A stretch of DNA of 64,000 nucleotides, from contig CAZVVW010000004.1 in assembly GCA_964630685.1 (NCBI GenBank), positions 1-64,000 of the forward strand. The letters are read 5' to 3'. This document shows positions 57,332 to 64,000 of this stretch, piece after piece. Numbering within the stretch: position 1 is the first letter of the stretch; every line of letters begins with the position of its first letter. The stretch comes from an uncultured Methanosarcinales archaeon (lineage in GTDB: Archaea; Nanobdellota; Nanobdellia; Woesearchaeales; BS150m-G63). The notes beneath the pieces were generated by a model that saw only the letters and a program-made list of their open reading frames with translations, made no database searches and was not told the DNA's origin. The translations under genes and the position numbers were made by a program.

Positions 57332-58675
57332 CTATTCTTTGTTTTTCTTAGGTTTTGAGGGGTTTTCTTTTTGTTTTTTATGTTTTTTAGGTTTTTTATT
57401 GAGATAAATAGTTTTTCTAATAGTATAACTTACAGGGTTTTTTATTTTGTTACATAAATTGTCAGGATTACAAATTCCCAATTCTTTGTAATACAAATCA
57501 TTGGAACAATTAGGTGGAAGGATTTTCTTTTTTTGTGCTTTATGATATCTTAATTGTCCAACTGAATAAACTTCCCTCATTTCTTCAGGGTTGTTTTTGT
57601 TCCATTTTTTTAAAAGTTCTTCGATATCATCATAAGACCAACCTACACTAGTTAAGAAGTTTATAATGATAAACAAAAATCTTTTTTTCCCATCCTCTAA
57701 ACCTTTTAATCCTTGGGTTATACAAGGTGGAAAGAATTGTTCTGGCATTTTTGTTTTAATCTCAAAGTGATCTTTGTTTTTTTCTTTTAATGAGGGGTGT
57801 TCTTCTTTTTTTACTTCAAAATCAAAGGATTGTACTATTAGTTTTTTTGCTTCATTTTCTTTTGCATTCGAATCATCTAGAAATTTAAATTTTGAAATAG
57901 TTACATCTTTTGCTTTTGCATGTTCAAGTCTAAAATCAAGAACTTTGTCAGGATTTAAGGGAATGCTTACTAGGCCACTTTTTTCATTGAAGGCATAGGG
58001 CATTCTGATCAAATGTCTACTCGATATTAAAATAGTATCCACTTCTAAAACTGTGAAAGGATCGAATTTATTTTCTTTTACTATTTCTTTGAAAGGTTTA
58101 CCTGTTTTTTTAATTATTTCAGTTATGGTATTCAGTTTTAAAAGTTCTTTTGCTAAAGGTTTTTTGATCATTTCTTTTAGATATTCTGCTATTTTTCTTG
58201 GTCCTTCTGGAAAGAGGTATTTTGTTTCTTGTTGATGTATCTTTTTTGGAAAGGCTTTGAAAGGTACCGCAATGTGGAAACCAGAACCTCCTGAGAACTT
58301 ACAAGAAACTGAATTTATTCCTTGGTATTTTAGGGCTTTGATTAATAGGTCTGTAGTTATTCTTCCATATTCTACAAATTTACAATCAATATCTAAAATG
58401 AGATCCCAACCAATTCTTAATTCATCTAATTCTTTCTTTTTTAGAGAAGGGCCTAGTCGCGCAGGATTTGACCAGAGTTCTTCTGACATGTGGAAAGAAG
58501 TTGCTCCACGTTTCGTTAGTTCTAATACATCTTGAGGGTAGCTTAGGGTGTCTGGTCTTGCACCAAATCCTTCACCGAATCTTGTGGCGATTTCTCTGTT
58601 TTTAGAATAATGAACTAATTCTTTTTGGATTTCTGGTCTTTTGTAATGAAGCAGTGCTGCGCTTAATGTTACCAT
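57332..58675 (-). CDS. Fused DNA primase small/large subunit (PriS-PriL)
   Basis: PriS motifs WDLILDID, KFSGGSGFH and HLIRMPY fused to the PriL Fe-S domain FPPCI, PPNC...C.PD.LC..IKNP. Confidence 0.9.
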   Translation of the reverse strand: MVTLSAALLHYKRPEIQKELVHYSKNREIATRFGEGFGARPDTLSYPQDVLELTKRGATSFHMSEELWSNPARLGPSLKKKELDELRIGWDLILDIDCKFVEYGRITTDLLIKALKYQGINSVSCKFSGGSGFHIAVPFKAFPKKIHQQETKYLFPEGPRKIAEYLKEMIKKPLAKELLKLNTITEIIKKTGKPFKEIVKENKFDPFTVLEVDTILISSRHLIRMPYAFNEKSGLVSIPLNPDKVLDFRLEHAKAKDVTISKFKFLDDSNAKENEAKKLIVQSFDFEVKKEEHPSLKEKNKDHFEIKTKMPEQFFPPCITQGLKGLEDGKKRFLFIIINFLTSVGWSYDDIEELLKKWNKNNPEEMREVYSVGQLRYHKAQKKKILPPNCSNDLYYKELGICNPDNLCNKIKNPVSYTIRKTIYLNKKPKKHKKQKENPSKPKKNKE

Positions 58676-58773
58676 TTTATTGATTGTAAGGTTAAGGGTT
58701 ATATATCTTTTTTGTTAATTGAGAGTATATATAATTAGTTAGTTTTTTATATTATTGAGGCGTTTACGTTTTT

Positions 58774-59619
58774 ATGGGAATTGGAAACCAAGTTAAAACA
58801 ATTGTATTATTAGGATTATTGACTGCTTTGCTGTTATGGATAGGTAGTTTTTGGGGTAAAAGTGGATTGATTATTGGATTGGTTTTTGCTTTAGTAATGA
58901 ATTTTGGAAGTTATTGGTTTTCTGATAAGATTGTTTTAAAGATGTATAAAGCTAAAGAGGTTACTGAAGTCCAGGAGCCAAGATTATGGAAAATGGTGAA
59001 AGAGGTTTCTCATCTGGCTCATTTACCCATGCCTAAAGTTTATGTGGTGCCGAGTGGTGCTGCAAATGCGTTTGCTACTGGAAGAAATCCACATAATGCT
59101 GCTGTTGCTTGCACACAAGGAATATTAGAACTTTTGAATGATTCAGAGTTAAAAGGGGTAATTGCTCATGAGATGAGCCATATTAAAAATAGAGATATTT
59201 TAATTTCAACTATTGCTGCAACTATTGCTGGAGTGATAAGTTATGTTGCTATGATGGCTAGATGGGGTGCTATGTTTGGTGGTTTTGGCCGTGATAGGGA
59301 TGGAGGAAATATGATTCAGTTATTGGTGTTAGCTATTCTTACACCTATTATTGCTACAATTTTACAATTGGCTATTTCTAGAAGTAGAGAGTTTTTAGCT
59401 GATGCAAGTGCTGCTAAGATATTACATAATCCACATGGATTGGTTGGGGCTCTTGAGAAATTGAATAGTAATGTTAAAAGGCATCCATTGCGTTTTGGTA
59501 ATCAAGCAACTTCTTCTTTATTTATTGTGAATCCTTTTAAGGCTGGAGGGTTGATGGGTCTATTTAGTACACATCCTAAAATGGAAGAAAGGATATCTAA
59601 GTTGAAAGCGATGGAATAA
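58774..59619 (+). CDS. htpX: Zinc metalloprotease HtpX (M48)
   Basis: NAFATGRNP, AHEMSHIKNRD, SRSREFLAD and LFSTHP. Confidence 0.95.
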   Translation: MGIGNQVKTIVLLGLLTALLLWIGSFWGKSGLIIGLVFALVMNFGSYWFSDKIVLKMYKAKEVTEVQEPRLWKMVKEVSHLAHLPMPKVYVVPSGAANAFATGRNPHNAAVACTQGILELLNDSELKGVIAHEMSHIKNRDILISTIAATIAGVISYVAMMARWGAMFGGFGRDRDGGNMIQLLVLAILTPIIATILQLAISRSREFLADASAAKILHNPHGLVGALEKLNSNVKRHPLRFGNQATSSLFIVNPFKAGGLMGLFSTHPKMEERISKLKAME

Positions 59620-59649
59620 TTATCTTTGATTATTTATATCTATGAAGAA

Positions 59650-61857
59650 TTAATTTGATTCATATTCTGTATCAACAATCTCTTTTATCTTTTTTGCTTT
59701 TGTGGTGCCTATTTTTTCAACTTTTATGAGTTCTGTTTGTTTTGCGTTGATTATGTTTTTTATTGTTTTAAATTCTTTGAGAAGAGGTTTTGCTAGTGTT
59801 GAGCCAATACTTGGAAGAGCACTTACTAAGTATTCTTGCTGTTCTTTTAGACTACGGGAACTTTTGTTGCTGTGAGGGGTGAAAGAGTCTTTATTTTTTT
59901 CTTGTTCTCTTTTAGCTATTATATATAGGAGTGAAGCTGTTTCTTCTGCATCTATTGTTTTTATTATAGGTATCTTATAATCAATAGCTATTGTTGCTAA
60001 CATCCCCCTTATTGAGTTTGGATGTACTCTTCTTACTTTGTAGATGTCTTGTTCTCCTTCTATAACTATTATGGGTGAATCATAGTTTTCTTTTAGATTT
60101 TTTATCTGTTCTAGAAGCCTGCCGTCTACTATTGAGTTGACGAAGTCGAGGGGAGTTTTGAATTCTACTGCAGCTCTTTCACTACAGAGATAATCTGCAC
60201 TTTTCAGCTGTTGAAGTTTTATTTCTACACCTTTAGCTATTAGGTTTTTTATTATAGCTGAACTTCTTTCTCTATGGTCTGCGAAAATTAGTAGATTGTG
60301 ATTAGGAATAAATTCTTTCAGTGTAGGTTGTTCTTTTTTTCTTAAGGGGGAAGAGATTTTATTTTTCAGGGTTTCAAGAATCCCATGCATCTTTTTTTGT
60401 TTATGGTGGGCGCTCCATCTGAAAGCAACATCTCGTGTGTTTTTAGTTAGAAGTATAATGACTTTTCCTTTTTCTAGTCTTCCTGTTCTTCCTTTTCTTT
60501 GTATGTGGCGAATAGCGCTAGGTATTGGTTCATAGAAAACAACTAGATCTACTTTTGGAATATCCAATCCTTCTTCAGCTATAGATGTTGCTACAAGAAT
60601 ATTGAATTTGTTTTCTCTGAAATCATCAAGTATTGCTTTTTGTTCTTTTTGACTGAGACCAATCCCCTTTTTTTTTAATTGCCCAACAAAAAGATTTGCT
60701 TTAGCCCCTTTTAGTTTATTTAATTCTGAAACTATCTTGGATGCAGAATCTCTATATTGGTTGAAAATTAAAATTTTGGTGTTTGTTTTTAATTCCTGAG
60801 TTATTATTTTTCTTAATTTGATTAATTTTGGATGTTCCATTTTTTCATCAATCAATCTTTCTGTGAGTAGAAATACTGATTTGAAATTTGGGTCTGCTAC
60901 AAGATTTTTGACTGCTTTTATTTTTGTGGTGATTGACTGGGACCTTAATTTTTGTAGATATTGGTAGATGGTAGAAATTCCCTGTGTTTCTATTAATTCT
61001 TGGGCATGTTGTATTTTAATTATTTCTGCAACCAATGAAATAGATTGCCATAAAGTGTAGTTTGTTCTTTCTTGAGTTGCTTGTTTATGGAGTTCTGTTT
61101 GCATCCCCAATAATTCTCTTTTATTGATATATGCTAATGGTTTTTTTATAATTCCCCAAGATTTTAATTTTTGCAATCTTTCTTTTGCTGTGTTTTCAAG
61201 TAGAGTTTTTATTTTCTTTAATTTTTCTGGGAGTTCTACTTCCACCCACATTAATTCTGTTTCTTGGACATAAGGTCTGACATCTGGATCTTGTTCTGTT
61301 CTTACTTCAACCTCTTCTATGAAAAGATTTTCACATACTTCTGTGATTTTTTCTATCTCTGAACCTGGAGAAGCAGTAAGTCCTATTATTCTTGGATATT
61401 TTGCTAATTTATTATATTGTTTTGCAACCCAAACATAAGCATAATTACTCACTGCTCTGTGGGCTTCATCTACTCCAAGAAGGCTCACTTCCTTTAGGTT
61501 GATTCTTTTTGAGATTATATCATTTTCAATGCTCTGTGGTGTGCTGAAGATTATTTTTGAATTTTTCCACAATTCTATTCTTTTCTTGGGTGGTGTCGCC
61601 CCTGTAAAAATAGCCATATCTTTTGGGTTTGTGCTAAAGTTTTTTTTGAAGGCCAAAAAATATTGATCAATTAAAGGTTTTGTAGGCCCAACCAATAATA
61701 TTTTGGATTTTGGATATTGGGTTAATCTTTGGGCGGCTAACATGAGAAAAATATTTGTTTTTCCAAGACCTGTTGGAAGCACAACTAAAGTATTTTTTAT
61801 TGATGCTGTAGCTAAGATTGTTTCTTGATATAATCTAGGAGTAAAATTTTTAATCAT
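59650..61857 (-). CDS. hef: Hef helicase/nuclease (FANCM-like SF2 helicase, ERCC4 and HhH domains)
   Basis: PRLYQ, LPTGLGKT, DEAH, TASPG, EEGLDI, QRKGRTGR; ERCC4 D.RE..DY..VEFK..DF..SIVDGRL. Confidence 0.93.
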   Translation of the reverse strand: MIKNFTPRLYQETILATASIKNTLVVLPTGLGKTNIFLMLAAQRLTQYPKSKILLVGPTKPLIDQYFLAFKKNFSTNPKDMAIFTGATPPKKRIELWKNSKIIFSTPQSIENDIISKRINLKEVSLLGVDEAHRAVSNYAYVWVAKQYNKLAKYPRIIGLTASPGSEIEKITEVCENLFIEEVEVRTEQDPDVRPYVQETELMWVEVELPEKLKKIKTLLENTAKERLQKLKSWGIIKKPLAYINKRELLGMQTELHKQATQERTNYTLWQSISLVAEIIKIQHAQELIETQGISTIYQYLQKLRSQSITTKIKAVKNLVADPNFKSVFLLTERLIDEKMEHPKLIKLRKIITQELKTNTKILIFNQYRDSASKIVSELNKLKGAKANLFVGQLKKKGIGLSQKEQKAILDDFRENKFNILVATSIAEEGLDIPKVDLVVFYEPIPSAIRHIQRKGRTGRLEKGKVIILLTKNTRDVAFRWSAHHKQKKMHGILETLKNKISSPLRKKEQPTLKEFIPNHNLLIFADHRERSSAIIKNLIAKGVEIKLQQLKSADYLCSERAAVEFKTPLDFVNSIVDGRLLEQIKNLKENYDSPIIVIEGEQDIYKVRRVHPNSIRGMLATIAIDYKIPIIKTIDAEETASLLYIIAKREQEKNKDSFTPHSNKSSRSLKEQQEYLVSALPSIGSTLAKPLLKEFKTIKNIINAKQTELIKVEKIGTTKAKKIKEIVDTEYESN

Positions 61858-61974
61858 AAAATTGAGATAGACTATTAGTTTATATAGATTTATAGCTTTT
61901 TATTCTTATTTTTGATTGTATATAATCTAATTCTAAATGGGTCGAAGGGTTTTAATTTTGTTTATTTGATTTAG

Positions 61975-62283
61975 CTATTTTAAATATTTATTTTCGTGTA
62001 AATAATAACTAAACAATGCACCTATTAAGAATAAAAGAAGAGTTACGAATTTATTACCATAATAACTTCCAAGAATATATCCTATTAAGAATCCTACAAT
62101 GACTATAAAATAAGGTATTTTTACATTTTTTCTTTGCTGAAACCAGAATCTTCCAACAATCATTCCACAGAGAAATATAATAATGTAACTTAGGAATGCG
62201 CTCCCTGATGAAGTTGCCAGAAAAAATCCAATTACTAATAATATAAATGCTGAAATTTCTGCCCAATCTTTTGAAAAATTCAT
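61975..62283 (-). CDS. Small four-TM membrane protein
   Basis: Hydrophobic ORF; SD GGAGG inside the upstream gene supports ATG 62283. Confidence 0.7.
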   Translation of the reverse strand: MNFSKDWAEISAFILLVIGFFLATSSGSAFLSYIIIFLCGMIVGRFWFQQRKNVKIPYFIVIVGFLIGYILGSYYGNKFVTLLLFLIGALFSYYLHENKYLK

Positions 62284-62287
62284 TTTA

Positions 62288-63040
62288 TTATATAGCCTCC
62301 TTTTCAAAATAAATGTAAAACAATAACCAAGCGATTCCTGCAATTAATAATGCAAAAATCCATGAATAAATACTAAAATAAACCAATAGCCCATAACCTG
62401 CTATGAATCCAAATAAGGTTATGTAAAATAATCTAGAATAAAAAAATGTGTGAATGCCATCTAAGGGTGGGATTGGTAAAAGGTTGAATACTGCAACTGC
62501 CCAATTAATCAAAAATGCTTTATGAACTAGAGCTGTATTAATGGGTAGTGTAGGGAACCAGAGAACCAATGTTTTTAATAGTGTTGCGAGCACTATATTT
62601 GCTAAAGATCCTGCTAATCCTATCATCCCTAAATCTATAGGTCTTATACCATATCTGAATTTTCCAAGTTTTTGAATTGCTAAATGATGGAGAGTCATAC
62701 CACTTAAGGCAAAGAACCACAAATATCCTCTTGAGATTATACAAAGTATAATTGCGGCTGCAATTCCATACCACCAAATTCTAGTTTTTACTTCATATCC
62801 ACGGTGGACACCATATAATTTATGGGCAGATTCATGAACGATAATCGCTAGTAGAGATATAATAGTAGCATTAATTAAGTTTTTTAAACCCACAAAGAAT
62901 TCAAATTCTACTCCATATCCCCATTCTCTGTATGAAGCTATGAAACCAAACACTAATGCAGCGATTAGTATCCCAGTCACCTCTTCTTTACTGAACTTGA
63001 AGTAACGCTTTACTTTATCTTGAAAGTCGCGAAATCCCAT
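62288..63040 (-). CDS. Site-2 protease (M50) family membrane metalloprotease
   Basis: HESAH and FNLLPIPPLDG motifs. Confidence 0.88.
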   Translation of the reverse strand: MGFRDFQDKVKRYFKFSKEEVTGILIAALVFGFIASYREWGYGVEFEFFVGLKNLINATIISLLAIIVHESAHKLYGVHRGYEVKTRIWWYGIAAAIILCIISRGYLWFFALSGMTLHHLAIQKLGKFRYGIRPIDLGMIGLAGSLANIVLATLLKTLVLWFPTLPINTALVHKAFLINWAVAVFNLLPIPPLDGIHTFFYSRLFYITLFGFIAGYGLLVYFSIYSWIFALLIAGIAWLLFYIYFEKEAI

Positions 63041-63068
63041 CTTTTTTTAAATTATAGTTTGTAGGTAT

Positions 63069-63767
63069 TTAAGTATTTTGCTTTATTTTGAAAGAGTAAG
63101 AAATTGCTTCTTGGTCTTTTATTAATTCTATAACTTCTTTTTCATGACCAGCTCCAATGATTGCTAATATTTTTTTGTTGTTTTGGATTAAATGAAACAG
63201 GTTTCTCGCAATTATTTTGTTTCTTTCTTTTATGAGTACTTTGTAGATTGAAGGATAGCGTTTTTTTACTTTAGCGATTAATTTTTTTATAATTTTTTCA
63301 TCAGGTACTTTTGTTAGATCAAAATCAATCTCTTTTTTTCTAAAAATAACTGCTTTGATTATGTCTACTAAAAAATTAAATTTTTCCTTCCAAGTTATTT
63401 CTTGAGAAAGTCTTTTGAGGGTGATTTCAATATCTTGATCAATCAAGGCTAATTTAATTTTGTGTTTTTTTGCTAGTTTTACTGCTGTGAGCATTTCTGC
63501 CCCTGGTTTTACTCCTACAACTTTTCCTAGTTTTTTCTCTGCCCATGCACCAATTAAACTGAATATGAACCCCTTGATACCTACTTTGAAAATATCTTTT
63601 AGATTGATTGAACGTTTTCCTTTATGGAGAAGCCCATATAATCTTTTTTGATCTAATTCAATTCCAATTATTTCTGGTTTTTGTGATTCTATGGCTTCTT
63701 TTACTTGATTTATGCTTTGTTTTGCGATGTGCGAGGTTCCAATGATTGTTAGGTTTTTGTATTTCAT
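63069..63767 (-). CDS. TraB/PrgY family protein
   Basis: IIGTSH, IELD..R, PGAEM, LIDQDIEITL, LIKERN and IIGAGH. Confidence 0.9.
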   Translation of the reverse strand: MKYKNLTIIGTSHIAKQSINQVKEAIESQKPEIIGIELDQKRLYGLLHKGKRSINLKDIFKVGIKGFIFSLIGAWAEKKLGKVVGVKPGAEMLTAVKLAKKHKIKLALIDQDIEITLKRLSQEITWKEKFNFLVDIIKAVIFRKKEIDFDLTKVPDEKIIKKLIAKVKKRYPSIYKVLIKERNKIIARNLFHLIQNNKKILAIIGAGHEKEVIELIKDQEAISYSFKIKQNT

Positions 63768-63944
63768 TTTTTAATTAAGAATACTAATTAAAGGTAATCT
63801 TTAAATATTAGTTAGTTTTAATAAAACTATCCATTAAAAAGAAGAAGACAAACGAATTAATTAAAATATTTGTCTTCTATAATTATGGTAATCAACTTAA
63901 TTTATTAATAAATTATGTATATTGCTATATGGAGGGGAATTAAT

Positions 63945-64000
63945 ATGTTAAAGATGAAAAGAATATCTGAAGCTTATGATATGAAAGTTTTTACTGATAC
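63945..64000 (+). CDS. 5' end of a probable second PRC-barrel protein (truncated by window end)
   Basis: SD GGAGG; MLKMKRISEAYDMKVFTD resembles a PRC-barrel N-terminus. Confidence 0.5.
   Translation, partial: MLKMKRISEAYDMKVFTD

Noticed and set aside
63069..63767. TraB as evidence of a conjugative element
   Set aside because: This is the TraB/PrgY family common in archaeal chromosomes; no integrase, relaxase or T4SS genes are nearby

Overview
AT-rich archaeal chromosomal segment, most likely from a DPANN lineage such as Woesearchaeota (inferred from the fused PriS-PriL primase, archaeal histone, TFE, PAN, Hef and the archaeal ribosomal superoperon lacking adk/cmk). The standard genetic code is used, and there is one assembly gap (N run 23104-23144). 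Core genes cover RNA processing (rnz, endA, trm5-like, pelota), replication and repair (fen, rfcS, topA, priSL, hef), TyrRS and PheRS, proteolysis (PAN, M29, M24, M16, HtpX, M50) and the rpl3-to-rpl14e superoperon with secY. The most interesting items: (1) a tightly coupled operon of an HD phosphohydrolase, a CorA-like two-TM protein and a highly divergent RtcB-like protein (7247-10183); (2) an unannotated box C/D sRNA (12013-12083) with compensatory box changes, whose D' guide is predicted to target U2552 in the 23S rRNA A-loop; (3) a five-gene cluster of a pilin-like protein, a membrane protein and three paralogous lipoproteins; (4) a bacterial-type ackA/acs/pta cluster next to a palindrome-rich region and a TrmB regulator; (5) an RNase H-fold gene that seems to need an ATT start; (6) a 59-bp palindromic tandem repeat at the end of topA. 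No CRISPR array, rRNA, tRNA or recognisable mobile element was seen. All assignments come from motif recognition by eye; no searches were run.
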